From an uncultured Acidobacteriota bacterium (GTDB taxonomy: Bacteria; Acidobacteriota; Vicinamibacteria; Vicinamibacterales; CAVVIG01): DNA of 64,000 bases. The notes beneath the pieces were generated by a model. The model was not told the origin of the DNA. It ran no database searches and saw nothing but the letters and a program-made list of their open reading frames with translations. Shown one piece after another: positions 20,673-32,135 of the stretch; position 1 is the stretch's first letter; each line of letters starts with the position of its first letter. The stretch spans positions 79,575 through 143,574 of the forward strand of contig CAVYRS010000001.1 in NCBI GenBank assembly GCA_963770995.1, given 5' to 3'. A program made the position numbers and the translations under genes.

Positions 20673-20718
20673 ACCAACACGTAGTCGTCAATTGTCAATT
20701 ACTCAGAAGGAGAAGTTC

Positions 20719-22913
20719 ATGTCAAAAGTCTTACAACGGGCAACCGCAGTGCTTGCCGTGATGATGGCGAGCCTGGTTGTCGTCGCGACCGCGTCAGCGC
20801 AGATGCCAGCATCGCCCTGGAAGAAGGGCGCACCATTTCCGGAGCCCGATGAAGAGCTCTACGGTGTTGCCGCGAACGGCAAACTGTACGTCATTGGCGG
20901 CTGGGCCGACGGCAAGGCTGGGGGCGTCACCTACGAGTACGACCCCGCCACCGACAAATGGACGAAGAAGCAGCCGATGCCGAGGCCGGCGCACCATGCG
21001 GCGCTGGCCGCTGCGAACGGCAAGATTTACGTGATGGGTGGCTTCGTGGCGCCGACGGAAACGGCTCTCCCGCTCGGCGCCGCCTGGCAGCCCATCGACA
21101 ACGCGTGGCAATACGATCCGGCCACCGATGCCTGGAAGTCGCTGCCGCCGTTGCCGACGAAGCGCGGGTCCGCGGCGGCGGTCGAAGTCGGCGGCAAGAT
21201 CTACACGATCGGTGGCGCGACAACCGTGGAAGGCCGCGTACTCAATGATTCGAACGGCCGTCTTGGCGATTCAAAGGACCCGTTCTTCACGGCCTTCGGA
21301 CCATCCCGTGTTCTCAGCGTCAACGAAGTGTACGACCCGGCCACGAACAAGTGGGAGACCCGCCAGCCGATGGCGGTGCCGCGCAATCACGCGTTCTCCG
21401 GTGCCGTCAACGGCAAGATTTACGTCATCGGCGGCCGCACCGGCCAGGGCTTCATCCTGACCGCCACCAACACGGACGTGGTGGAGGAGTACGACCCGAT
21501 CTCCGACTCGTGGAATGTTCCCAAAGAGCGGATGCCTACCGCTCGCAGCGGAGGCGTCTCCGGCACCGACGGCCGCAGAATCTACGTGGCCGGCGGTGAA
21601 GTCACCACCCAGGAGCTCGTCGGCGCGTTTCGCGCGATCGAGGCGTACGACCCGATCACGAATTCGTGGAGCACGCTGCCCTCGATGCCGATGCCGCGTC
21701 ACGGCGCCGCGGGCGCGGTGATCGGCAATCGCCTGTACCTGGTGAGCGGGATGATCCAGTCCGCCGGGGCGCTGGTCTTCCTCGACCCCCAGCTCGCAAC
21801 CCACACGGTGGCGCACGACATTCTGGAACTGCAGTCCATTCCGACTCCTCCGACGGCTGCTGCGAACAGCCCGGCGTCATCCGAAGGGGCCAAGAAGGTC
21901 TACACGCGCTACAACGTCAACAGCCCGGAAGGCCAGGTGATGCTCGCGAAATACGCGCCGGGCGGTCGAGATCATGAGGACCTTGCCGGACTACGACCAG
22001 CATTCCTGGACCTGGTGGTGGAATACCCATTGGGTGAAAGGCTACCCGGCGGCGTTGTGGGACTTGTCGGAGAAAAAGAAAGCGGAGGTCATCGCCACAC
22101 TTCCGAAGGAGTATCAAGCCGACGCCGAGGCCGTGTGGAACGGCTGCCAGGCCCACCCCTACAACCCCTCGAACCCTGAGCAGTACCAGCAGTGGTATTT
22201 CCTACCGTGGCATCGACTGATGCTTGCTCAGTTCGAGGGCGTCATTCGTGACGTGCTACACGACGAGGATTTCACGCTGCCGTACTGGAACCCGGTGACC
22301 GGAAATCCCGACGATCTCGTCGTCCCCGCCGCGTTCCGTCTGCCGGGCACGGCCTTGTACAACGGAACGCGCTGGTTCTGGGTCAATGGCGGGCGAACGG
22401 ATCGACACCCTCTACAGGGAGTGGATCAACCTGGACGCCCTCAACGAGAAGTTCTACATCGACTCGCCGACCGGCAACCTCGGGTTCAATCCACGGCTCG
22501 ATCAGAACCCGCACTTCTTCACGCATTTCGCCCTCGGGGGCGACATGGCCGAATTCTCGACCGTCGGCGGCGACCCGATCTTCTATCTCCATCACGCCAA
22601 CATCGATCGGCTGTGGGAAAGCTGGAATCAGCTCGGCAACACGAATCCCACTGATCCCGATTACCTGAATCGCCAGTTCGCGTACGGGGACAGAAGCGGC
22701 AAGCGAGTGGATCTGCCGGTCAGCGCGGCTGACCGTAGCGCGGCGCTCGGCTACGAATACGACAGCTATGAGAAACCGCCCAAGCCGGTGACTCTCTCAT
22801 CCGACGAGGCCGCCGAGAGAGATCGCACGTACCACAAGCTGCACGAGCGTGCCCTCGGGGGTTCGCCCGGTGGTCCGCATGCAACGGCCGGGTCGAAAGG
22901 GAAACAGCAATGA
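20719..22913 (+). CDS. Exported Kelch-repeat/tyrosinase fusion (frameshifts near 21958 and 22392)
   Basis: Kelch propeller, linker, then [41 protein letters not shown] across three frames. Confidence 0.8.
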
Positions 22914-23203
22914 TCCTGAAACTCTTGATCACCCTGATCTTCGCCGGCGCCGCCATGCAGAAATTCACCGGCAAGGTGGCGCCGAATTGGGACCGCTGGC
23001 ACTATTCGCGGCGGTTCATGTATGCAACCGGCATCGCTGAAGTCCTGGCCCTGGCCGTGTTCTGGTGGCCAGGACTCGAACTCGTTGGTGCTGCCGGGCT
23101 CGCTCTGTTGCTGCTCGGCGCATTGGGAACCCTGATCAGTCACCGCGAGGGGGCGAGTCATATCGCCCTGCCCGCGCTCACGCTGCTCGTGGTGATGGCG
23201 TAA
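22910..23203 (+). CDS. DoxX-like small membrane protein
   Basis: AMQKFTG...[20 protein letters not shown] overlap with the upstream gene. Confidence 0.75.
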   Translation: MILKLLITLIFAGAAMQKFTGKVAPNWDRWHYSRRFMYATGIAEVLALAVFWWPGLELVGAAGLALLLLGALGTLISHREGASHIALPALTLLVVMA

Positions 23204-23287
23204 CTGTACCGTTCAATGGCGGCATGACATGGGAGGACGACCGATGACTGGACACCGCGCGCACGGCCACTTCACGCGGAGGCCACG

Positions 23288-24541
23288 ATGATGAAACGCA
23301 TCATCGTCGTGGCGGCTGTCGCCGTCGCGCTCGGCGCGGGCTCGTTCGCCGGCGGCACGTGGTGGGTGGACCGGTCCGGCGCTGCGCGCGCGAGCGCGCA
23401 CGCCGCGACCGTCTACACCTGCCCGATGCACCCGGACTATCGCAGCGACCATCCCGGCGACTGCCCGATGTGCGGCATGCGCCTCGAGGCGGTTCGTGCG
23501 GATAGGGCAACGGGTGGCGACGCCGCGGCGCACACGCGGCCGCACGGGGAAGTGCAAGTAAGCCCCGAGCGGCAGCAGGCGATCGGCATCCGGATCGGCA
23601 TGGTCAGCCGATCGGCCGGCACCCGGATGCTGCGGACGACCGGACGCGTGGTGGCCGACGAAAACCGGACGTATCCGATCGTCGCCGCGGTGAGCGGCTG
23701 GATCCGCACCGTGGAGAGCGTCGCGACCGGCGACGTCGTGAAGAGGGACCAAGTGCTCGCGTCGTTCTTCACGCCTGATCCGCAGTTCGAGATGGCGCAG
23801 CAGTCGTACTACACCGGCCTCGAGATGCTGTATCGCGAGGCTGGCCCGCAACGGCAGTCGCACGACTCGGCACGTGCGCTCGAGTTGATCGAGCGGGTCG
23901 CCGACGGGCTGCGAAATCTGGGCGTCGCCAACTCGCAGATCAGGGAGATGGCCAAGCGCCGCGAGGTCGTGCACGACATCCGTGTGGCGTCCCCGGTTGA
24001 CGGCGTCGTGCTGAAGCGCAGTGTCGCGTCCGGCCTCCGGTTCGATCGCGGCTTCGAGTTCTACCAGATTGCGGATCTGAACCGCGTCTGGATTCTTGCC
24101 GACGTGTACCGCGAGCAGCTGCGATCCATCCGCCGCGGCGCGTCCGCGCGGATCACGACAGCCGAAGCGGGCCATGCGCTGTCGGCGACCGTGAGCCCGT
24201 CGGAGCCGACCTTCGACGAGGCGTCGCTGACGCTGAAGGTCCGGCTCGAGGCGGCGAACCCGCGTCGGGCGCTCAAGCCCGGCATGTTCGTCGACGTCGA
24301 GTTCCCGCTGGATCTCCCGTCAAGGCTGGTCGTGCCCGCGGATGCGATCGTCGACTCCGGGCTGCGGAAGACCGTGTTCGTCGACTGCGGCAACGGGAAC
24401 TTCGAGCCGCGGCTGGTCGAGACGGGGTCGCGGATCGGCGACGACGTCGAGGTGACCAAAGGCCTGACGCCTGGCGAGCGGATCGTGATCTCGGGCACCT
24501 TCTTCGTCGACTCCGAGAGCCGCATGAGAGCAAAGCCATGA
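23288..24541 (+). CDS. cusB: Heavy-metal RND periplasmic adaptor
   Basis: YTCPMHP...PGDCPMCGMRL metal-binding domain, LKPGMF, FFVDSES. Confidence 0.9.
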   Translation: MMKRIIVVAAVAVALGAGSFAGGTWWVDRSGAARASAHAATVYTCPMHPDYRSDHPGDCPMCGMRLEAVRADRATGGDAAAHTRPHGEVQVSPERQQAIGIRIGMVSRSAGTRMLRTTGRVVADENRTYPIVAAVSGWIRTVESVATGDVVKRDQVLASFFTPDPQFEMAQQSYYTGLEMLYREAGPQRQSHDSARALELIERVADGLRNLGVANSQIREMAKRREVVHDIRVASPVDGVVLKRSVASGLRFDRGFEFYQIADLNRVWILADVYREQLRSIRRGASARITTAEAGHALSATVSPSEPTFDEASLTLKVRLEAANPRRALKPGMFVDVEFPLDLPSRLVVPADAIVDSGLRKTVFVDCGNGNFEPRLVETGSRIGDDVEVTKGLTPGERIVISGTFFVDSESRMRAKP

Positions 24542-27500
24542 TCGACCGCATCATCGACTGGTCGGTCCGGAACAAGTTCCTTGTCCTGCTGCTCGTCGGC
24601 GCCGCCGCGCTCGCCGGCGCGCGCGCGCTGCGGAACGTGCCACTCGACGCGCTTCCCGACCTCGGCGACACGCAGGTGATCGTCTACTCGCGGTGGGATC
24701 GGAGTCCCGACGTCATCGAGGCGCAGGTCACGTATCCGATCGTGACCGCGATGCTTGGCGCGCCGCGCGTGCAAGCGGTCCGCGGCGTCTCCGATTTTGG
24801 CTACTCGTTCGTCTACGTGATCTTTGAGGAGGGCACCGACACCTACTGGGCGCGCACCCGGACGATGGAGTACCTCTCGGGCGTGCTGTCGCGGCTGCCG
24901 CCCGATGCCCGGACCGAGCTCGGGCCCGACGCAACCGGTCTCGGCTGGGTGTTCCAGTACGCGCTCGTGGACCGATCCGGCAGACACAGCCTGGCGGATC
25001 TGCGGTCGTATCAGGACTGGTACCTGCGCTACTACCTCAAGGCGGTGCCCGGTGTGTCGGAGGTGGCCTCACTGGGCGGGTTCGGCAAGCAGTACCAGGT
25101 GAACGTGGACCCGAACCGTCTGCGCAATTACGGCCTCGCGATCCAGCGCGTCGTCGAGGCGGTGCGTGGCGGCAACGCCGAGACTGCCGGTCGGCTCATC
25201 GAGCTGGGCGGCACCGAGTACATGGTGCGCGGCCGCGGGTACGCGAAGTCGGTCGCCGACTTCGAGAGCATCGTCGTGTCCGCCAGCGACAGCGGCACGC
25301 CGATCCGGATCCGCGACATCGGCCACGTGACGGTCGGCCCGGATCTGCGGCGGGGCGTGGCAGATCTGGACGGCACCGGCGAAGTGGTGTCGGGGATCGT
25401 CGTGATGCGCCAGGGACAGAACGCAGTCGACGTGATCGATCGCGTCAAGGAGCGCATCCGCCAGATCGAGCCGGGCCTGCCGTCCGGGATGGAGATCGTC
25501 CCCATCTACGACCGCTCAGCGCTCATCCGCCGCGCGATCGACAACGTGAGCGAAACACTCGTGGAGGTGGTGCTCGCTGTCGTCTTCATCGTGCTGCTGT
25601 TCCTGTGGCACGTGCCGAGCGCGATGATCCCGCTCATCACCATTCCGGTTGCCGTGCTCGTGGCGTTCATCCCGTTCCGCGCGATGGGAATCACGGCGAA
25701 CATCATGTCGCTCGGCGGCATCGCGATCGCGATGGGCGAGCTGATAGACGCGGCGATCGTCGTCGTGGAACAGACGCATAAGAAGCTCGAGCAGGCGCAG
25801 CGCGAAGGATCGGCCCTCGACTATCAGAAGGTCGTCCTCGAGGCGGTCAGGGAAGTAGCGCCGGCGAGCTTCTTCGCGCTGCTCGTGATTGCGGTGTCGT
25901 TCCTCCCGGTGCTGGTACTCGAGTCACAGGAAGGGAGGCTGTTCAAGCCGCTGGCCTACACCAAGACGCTCACGATGCTCGTGGCGGCGGGCCTCGTGAT
26001 CACGCTCGACCCCGCGCTTCGTGTGCTCTTCACGCGCGTGCGGCGCTTCGAGTTCCGGCCCGCGTGGCTCTGCCGGCTGACCAACGCGGTGCTCGTCGGC
26101 CGCATCCGCTCCGAGGAGTCGCATCCCATCAGTCGCTTCCTCACGAGGATGTACGAGCCGGTCGTCCGCTGGTCGTTGCGGTGGAAGTGGTCGGTCATCG
26201 GCGGCGCCGCAGCCCTCGTCGTCGTCACGGTGCCGGTGTTCACGCGACTCGGATCGGAGTTCATGCCACCGCTCTACGAGGGATCGCTCTTATACATGCC
26301 GACGACGATGCCCGGCATCTCGATCGGCGAGGCGCAGAAGCTGGTGCAGCTGAGCGACCGGGCTATCAAGCAGTTCCCCGAGGTCGATCGCGTGCTCGGC
26401 AAGGCAGGGCGCGCGGACACGAGCACCGATCCCGCGCCGCTCTCGATGCTCGAGACGGTGATCACCCTCAAGCCGACATCCGAGTGGCGCCGGGTCGAGA
26501 CGTGGTATTCCGGCTGGGCGCCGGAATGGATGAAGCGCGTGCTCCGGCACGTCACGCCCGATCACATCTCCGAGGAGCAGCTGGTCGAGGAAATGAACGC
26601 GGCGCTGACATTTCCCGGGGTTTCAAACGCCTGGACGATGCCGATCAAGGGGCGGATCGACATGCTGACGACCGGGATCCGGACGCCGGTCGGGCTGAAG
26701 ATCTCGGGCGCCGATTTCGTGGAGATCGAGAAGATCGGTACGGCGATCGAGGCGGCGCTCCCCTCCGTGAGCGGCACGCGCAATGTGTTCGCGGAGCGCA
26801 CCGGCGGCGGGTTCTTCCTCGACATCGAGTGGAACCGTGACGCGCTCGCGCGCCACGGCTTGAGCGTCGAGGCGGCCCAGAGCGTCGTGCAGAACGCCAT
26901 CGGCGGCGAGAACGTGACCACCACGATCGAGGGGCGCGAGCGGTATCCGGTAAACGTCCGCTACATGCGCGATTTCCGGTCCGACACCGACGCGATCGCG
27001 CGCGTGCTCGTACCGGCCTCGGATGGGCAGCGGCAGATCCCGCTCGGCGAGCTGGCGCGCGTGAAGGTCGCGACAGGACCTGCGATGATCCGCAACGAGG
27101 ACGGGCTCCTCACCGGATACGTCTTCGTCGACGTCGCGGGCCGCGACATCAGCAGCTACGTGGACGAGGCGAGCCGCGTGGTACGCGAGCAGGTGAAGCT
27201 GCCGCCCGGCTACGCGCTGCTCTGGGGCGGGCAGTACCAAGCGATGGCCCGCGTGCGCGCGCGTCTCGCCTACATCATTCCGCTCACGCTGCTCCTCGTG
27301 TGCGTGCTTCTCTACCTGAACACTCGGTCGCTCGTGAAAACGACGATTGTGTTGCTGGCCGTGCCCTTCTCGGCCGTCGGCGCCGTCTGGTACCTATACC
27401 TGCTCGGCTACAACATGAGCATCGCCGTGTGGGTCGGTCTGATCGCGCTCCTCGGCGTCGACGCCCAGACCGGCGTCTTCATGCTGCTGTATCTCGACCT

Positions 27501-27846
27501 CGCATACGAAAAGGCCTCGCGCGACGGACGCCTGCGAACGCTCGCCGATCTCCAGGAGACGATCGTGGAAGGCGCCGCGAAGCGGCTGCGCCCGAAGTTC
27601 ATGACGATGGCGACGACGTTCATCGGGCTGATCCCGATCATGTGGGCCACCGGCACCGGGTCCGACGTGTGGAAGCGGATCGCAGCGCCGATGGTTGGCG
27701 GCATCTTCACATCGTTCGTACTCGAGCTCGTCGTCTATCCCGCCATCTACGAAATTTGGAAATGGCACTTCGAGATGAAGCGCGCCCACGCCGAACCGCA
27801 GGCCGCCGCGCTCGCCGCCCTGCCGTCGCCCGAGGCGGCGCCGTAA
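24538..27846 (+). CDS. cusA: Cu/Ag RND efflux permease
   Basis: PLDALPDLGDTQVIVY, LGPDATGLGWVFQY, NIMSLGGIAIA, GSEFMPPL, WTMPIKGRIDML. Confidence 0.95.
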   Translation: MIDRIIDWSVRNKFLVLLLVGAAALAGARALRNVPLDALPDLGDTQVIVYSRWDRSPDVIEAQVTYPIVTAMLGAPRVQAVRGVSDFGYSFVYVIFEEGTDTYWARTRTMEYLSGVLSRLPPDARTELGPDATGLGWVFQYALVDRSGRHSLADLRSYQDWYLRYYLKAVPGVSEVASLGGFGKQYQVNVDPNRLRNYGLAIQRVVEAVRGGNAETAGRLIELGGTEYMVRGRGYAKSVADFESIVVSASDSGTPIRIRDIGHVTVGPDLRRGVADLDGTGEVVSGIVVMRQGQNAVDVIDRVKERIRQIEPGLPSGMEIVPIYDRSALIRRAIDNVSETLVEVVLAVVFIVLLFLWHVPSAMIPLITIPVAVLVAFIPFRAMGITANIMSLGGIAIAMGELIDAAIVVVEQTHKKLEQAQREGSALDYQKVVLEAVREVAPASFFALLVIAVSFLPVLVLESQEGRLFKPLAYTKTLTMLVAAGLVITLDPALRVLFTRVRRFEFRPAWLCRLTNAVLVGRIRSEESHPISRFLTRMYEPVVRWSLRWKWSVIGGAAALVVVTVPVFTRLGSEFMPPLYEGSLLYMPTTMPGISIGEAQKLVQLSDRAIKQFPEVDRVLGKAGRADTSTDPAPLSMLETVITLKPTSEWRRVETWYSGWAPEWMKRVLRHVTPDHISEEQLVEEMNAALTFPGVSNAWTMPIKGRIDMLTTGIRTPVGLKISGADFVEIEKIGTAIEAALPSVSGTRNVFAERTGGGFFLDIEWNRDALARHGLSVEAAQSVVQNAIGGENVTTTIEGRERYPVNVRYMRDFRSDTDAIARVLVPASDGQRQIPLGELARVKVATGPAMIRNEDGLLTGYVFVDVAGRDISSYVDEASRVVREQVKLPPGYALLWGGQYQAMARVRARLAYIIPLTLLLVCVLLYLNTRSLVKTTIVLLAVPFSAVGAVWYLYLLGYNMSIAVWVGLIALLGVDAQTGVFMLLYLDLAYEKASRDGRLRTLADLQETIVEGAAKRLRPKFMTMATTFIGLIPIMWATGTGSDVWKRIAAPMVGGIFTSFVLELVVYPAIYEIWKWHFEMKRAHAEPQAAALAALPSPEAAP

Positions 27847-28193
27847 CTGCGTTCCCGGCGTCGTTGATCGGCGCAGACGGTCGGCGACGAGCCCTGGCCC
27901 GCGCCCAAGTCGATGTCATCGAATCCGGCCGTGATCGCTCATTCCCGCCCGACTCTCTCCATGGGCGGCCCGCCGAATCGACGAGTGACCAACCCTAGAA
28001 CGGCACGGCCTGCGGTCATGCATTGAGGAATCGAGTGTGCGCCTGAACGCTCGGAAGACATGAAGTGGCGGGACAATCACACGACTAGACGCTCGCGCTT
28101 CTCTCTGAACGGGCGCGTGGACAGGGCAAGATCGTGGAGACATCCTGGAGACGCTCCCGCCACCATCAAAAATCGCTGGGAAAATGGAAGAAT

Positions 28194-28239
28194 TTGGTTG
28201 CGGGGGCGGGATTTGAACCCGCGACCTTTGGGTTATGAG
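28194..28239 (-). repeat. att site: duplicated 3' part of tRNA-fMet
   Basis: 46-bp identity with 39950-39995, ending at the anticodon loop. Confidence 0.93.
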
Positions 28240-28458
28240 GCGCTCCGAGCGGACCTACCTGCGGCAACTCGACAACGCACGAGCCCGGTTTCATTGATCT
28301 TTTCGCCGTGGGTGGCAACTGCCGCCCACCCGAAACCGCGCACGGTTGTCCCATATTTGTCACACGAACAATCGACATGAACTGACGTCCGTCGTCGTGC
28401 CTCGCGCTGTTCTTTTGCGATGCACGACGACGGATCTCAAAGGCCGAAGGAGGTCGCG

Positions 28459-29548
28459 ATGTTTGACGATCCGCGATGGGGCGACGACCCACGGGATCGC
28501 GACGACGATCCGCGAGAGCGTGATCGCGGCGATCGCGGTGAGGAATGGGATCAGCCTGGCCAGCGCAACGATCTCGGTGACCGACATCGCGATCGCGACG
28601 ACGACTCGAAGCAACTGAGCCGCGGCGCGAGTTCCGACAGCCGCGATCCGTACGACGAGTCCAGGTCGCGCGATCGGGCTGATGAACGCTCGCGCGATCG
28701 CGACGAACGTGGGCGTGATCCGCGCGACGTGTTCATGCGCGATCTCGATCTGCCGCGCGGCCAGGAGCGCGAAATCGTCCGCGATTCGCGCGGCCGCGGA
28801 TACACGCTGCGCGGCTCCGAGAGTCGCACGCTGTCGACCGCCGGTGCTTTCCGTGTCGTTCCGTCGCGAGAGCTTCGCGACCATGACGGACGGCCCGCCG
28901 ACTCGCGCCGAGGCGACCTCCGCCACCTCCGCGAACAGGGACTGGTTGAGACGGTTCGCGTCCACGGTCAGCGCGACGTCGCGGTCACGCTGACAGACCG
29001 CGGTCGCGATCTCCTGGAGTCGCGTCAACGGGACGGTCACGACCCGCGCCAGGAATATTACGCCGGCGTGAAGCGCGAGCGGGAAGCTCGAGCATGACGC
29101 GCAAATCTACGACGCCTACCTGCAGGCGGCCGACCGGCTCGCGGAACGCGGTGCCGAGATCGAGCGCGTGGTCCTCGACTATGAACTGAAGCGCGAGTAC
29201 CAGGAATGGCTGCACGCTCGGGACCGGGAGCGGGACGACTACGACGGGCACCCCGACCGAACCGACCGGGAGATTGAAGATTGGGCGCACGAGCACGACT
29301 TGCCGTACCTCGATGAGCAGGTGCATTTCCCTGACCTGCGGATCGAGTACCGGGACATCGAGGGCCGCCACGACCATGAGGACGTCGAGGTTGTCACGAT
29401 GCATTACCGAGGCGCGCACGGCGCGGCCGTCGCGCGGTCCGGCTTCACGTGTCACCGTGGGTCAAGCGCCCGGGTTGGCGGACGTGGCGGTGGTCGCGGA
29501 CGCGGCGGCGGACACTCTGGCGGATTGGCTGAGGAGCTATGGGATTAA
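28459..29548 (+). CDS. Replication-relaxation-like protein (wHTH plus PD-(D/E)XK-like); frameshift near 29084
   Basis: AAGGAGG RBS, D/R-rich N-terminus, LRHLREQGLV...LTDRGR, EHDAQIY, FPDLRIEY...EDVEVVT. Confidence 0.55.
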
Positions 29549-30732
29549 CCCGAGAGCAACGCATCGAGGCCATTACCGGCTTCCGCTTCACCGAGCGCCA
29601 GGCGCGTTTCCTCGACTTGGTGATGCGCGTGGGCGGGGTGTGCGTCCCGAGGCAGTATGCGCGGTTCGCCGGCGTCGCGAACGGCGGCGAGAAGTGCAAC
29701 GAGTTTTTCCAGAAGCTCGTGTTCCGCCGCCGGGGCGTCCGCATCGACTGCGTCCACAACCGCGCCAGGCTGTACCACGTCCATCACCGACGTCTCTACG
29801 AGGCCATTGGCGAGGGCAAGAGCCGCTACCGACGACCGGTCCCCGCTCGTCAAGCGATCGAGCGGTTGATGCTGCTCGATGCCGTCATCATGACCCCCGA
29901 ACTGGATTGGCTGACGACCGAGGTCGAGAAGCTGGCGCACGTCGCGAAGTCGAAACCGGATGACCCGAATACCGCTCTGAGTGTGACGACGGCCGCGCCA
30001 GCACCGCCCGCTCCTGCCGTCGATCGCCTGCCTGGCGCGTTTCCAATCGGCATCGACGCAGAGGGTCGAGCCGTGCTGCTCTACCTCGTGCTGCAGCCGT
30101 GGACGGATGGATTCAGAAGCTGGCTCCTGGGCCAGAGGGCATGGCTCCAGCGGATGCGCCACTGGACGATCCGGCTGGTCTTTCCGCGGCCGCTCGACCG
30201 GACGTACGACGGGCATCAGCGGGTCATCCGCGAGAAGCTCGAGACGTCGATGCATGCGGCGACGGTCTCTGAGCTGAAGTGGTACTTCGAGCATCGCCCC
30301 AAGGCGGGTGCTACGTCCCCCGACAGTCTGACTCGCAAGTTCCTGGCGAAGGGTGCCGAGGTGTTCGGCGCACCACGGTTCGAGGCGCTGTATCACCGAT
30401 GGCTAAAGCACGGCGATCGGGTCTTCGAAGGACTCACGTCGTCCGTCGTCGCCGATGCTCTGACCACCGGCGCCGGCCGCGTCGACAGCGTCGTGCTGCC
30501 TCACTGGTACCGCCATCTCGCACCGGTCGTTCCGCCGATTCAAACAGCGGCGGAGTCCGTTGAGAAGGCGGAAGAGAGGGGTGAAGAGACCAGGACCCGC
30601 CCTCAACCCCCTCGCTCAACCCCTCCGACAGAGGAGTTGTCGGTCGCAGAACGATGCGCGCGCGACTGGCGCCTGTTGGTCGAAGACGATATCAAACGCA
30701 AGCGGCTCACTGCGTTGTGGTCGTCGCGATGA
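29539..30732 (+). CDS. Hypothetical element protein with N-terminal wHTH-like region
   Basis: 397 aa, overlaps the upstream stop; FTERQARFLDLVMRVGGVCVPRQY. Confidence 0.7.
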   Translation: MGLTREQRIEAITGFRFTERQARFLDLVMRVGGVCVPRQYARFAGVANGGEKCNEFFQKLVFRRRGVRIDCVHNRARLYHVHHRRLYEAIGEGKSRYRRPVPARQAIERLMLLDAVIMTPELDWLTTEVEKLAHVAKSKPDDPNTALSVTTAAPAPPAPAVDRLPGAFPIGIDAEGRAVLLYLVLQPWTDGFRSWLLGQRAWLQRMRHWTIRLVFPRPLDRTYDGHQRVIREKLETSMHAATVSELKWYFEHRPKAGATSPDSLTRKFLAKGAEVFGAPRFEALYHRWLKHGDRVFEGLTSSVVADALTTGAGRVDSVVLPHWYRHLAPVVPPIQTAAESVEKAEERGEETRTRPQPPRSTPPTEELSVAERCARDWRLLVEDDIKRKRLTALWSSR

Positions 30733-30801
30733 CCGGACACGCGCGCGAACAGCGGGCGGCGCTCTGTGCCGCCCGCGCAGCGGTTCCACCAGCGACAGAG
30801 A

Positions 30802-30886
30802 GGGAACCGAGGTGTGAACGACCCCGCCCTCTGCCCCCACCCCTGCCCCAGGGGCCGCCCTGGGGGTCGTTCACACCTCGGTTCCC
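30802..30886. repeat. Perfect 24-bp inverted repeat, candidate oriT/ori
   Basis: gggaaccgaggtgtgaacgacccc (30802-30825) / ggggtcgttcacacctcggttccc (30863-30886). Confidence 0.85.
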
Positions 30887-31144
30887 GTGGCACATGTCGC
30901 AGTCAAATCGCCGCGCAAGATCGCGGCGAAGTACGCGCGCGAGCTGTGGATCGGTAATCCGCCGACGCTCCGATGCCGATTGTTTCGGAGCCGCTGGCGC
31001 GCGTACCAGCCTCCCCTCCGTTCCGTCGGCGCTGCGCGGGCTTGACGCGCGCCAACGCTTCCGACTGGCCGCAATTATCGGAGCGTCGGCGCAGTGCGCC
31101 TGTCGCAGCCGAGGGCGCTATACTCGAACACGAGGAACGTCGAG

Positions 31145-31369
31145 ATGACCAGCAAGACGGACGTCGTGCACAGCGACCCGGACATCCTGAGCGGCACGCC
31201 GGTGTTTGTCGGCACGCGGGTGCCGGTGCAGTCGATGTTCGACTACCTCGAAGCCGGCGACACGCTGGACGAGTTCCTGCGCCAGTTTCCGTCCGTTACA
31301 CGCGACCAAGCCGTCGCGGCGCTCGAGCTCGCGCGCGACCAGCTCCTGACCAGTGCGCGTCCTTCTTGA
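31145..31369 (+). CDS. DUF433 antitoxin-like protein
   Basis: DPDILSGTPVFVGTRVPV...AGDTLDEFLRQFPSV. Confidence 0.9.
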   Translation: MTSKTDVVHSDPDILSGTPVFVGTRVPVQSMFDYLEAGDTLDEFLRQFPSVTRDQAVAALELARDQLLTSARPS

Positions 31370-31673
31370 CGAGAACCTCCCTCACGATCTGATCGCCGAG
31401 CTCGCCGGACACCAGGTCGCCACCGTTCAGGGCTTGGAGTGGGCCGGCGTCAAGAACGGCGAACTGCTCCGCCGCGCCGCCGGACAGATCGACGCGCTCC
31501 TGACCATGGATCGCAAACTGGAACACCAGCACGATATCGGCGCGCTGCCCTTCGGGTTGATCGTCGTTCGCGCGCACTCGAATCGCATGCAGGATCTCCG
31601 GCCGTTGGTCGGCGAGATGCAGGGTGCCTTGGCGCGCGCCCGACCAGGCACCGTCCAACACGTGGGCGAGTAG
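31353..31673 (+). CDS. DUF5615 PIN-like toxin
   Basis: MRVLLDENLP...GVKNGELL...LLTMDRKL; overlaps the DUF433 gene. Confidence 0.88.
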   Translation: MRVLLDENLPHDLIAELAGHQVATVQGLEWAGVKNGELLRRAAGQIDALLTMDRKLEHQHDIGALPFGLIVVRAHSNRMQDLRPLVGEMQGALARARPGTVQHVGE

Positions 31674-32135
31674 CCCCGACCGGCGACGTAAGAAACCGCC
31701 GGCGGCAATGGCCAACCACGCGCCGCGCGCAGGCCGGGTCCAGGCCGCCGAAGGCGCCCGCGGAGCGGGGCGAAGCGCCTGGACGTCGCGCCGAGCACGG
31801 CGTGACGATTTACAGCCGCCGGCGGGAACGATTCGCACGAGATAAACCATGGTTTCCAGCCTGATCCCGCCTGCGATCAGGTCCTTGTTGGTCTGGTCTT
31901 CTTCGCGGTACTCTGGCTGCATGTACGCGACAGCTATCGTGAACGGAAAGGTGGTCCGGTTCCGGCTGTCGCCGGCGCTCGCACGCGCGCACCGCGAAAA
32001 CCGCGGAAAGTCGCTGACCGAGCCGGAGGCCGTAACGTTCGTCGAAATGAGCCGCCGCGTACGAGCAAAGCCGCGCCGGCCCCGTTCGGTTCGTCGTTCC
32101 TGACGGTGACACGAGGTGAAGAAAGGGCCGGCGCA

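Noticed and set aside
21950..22400. Programmed frameshifting in the Kelch-tyrosinase gene
   Set aside because: No slippery heptamer at either shift, and similar indels occur across the window
28194..28239. Second tRNA-Met gene
   Set aside because: Only the 3' part is present; it lacks the D-arm and 5' acceptor strand, so it is an att site
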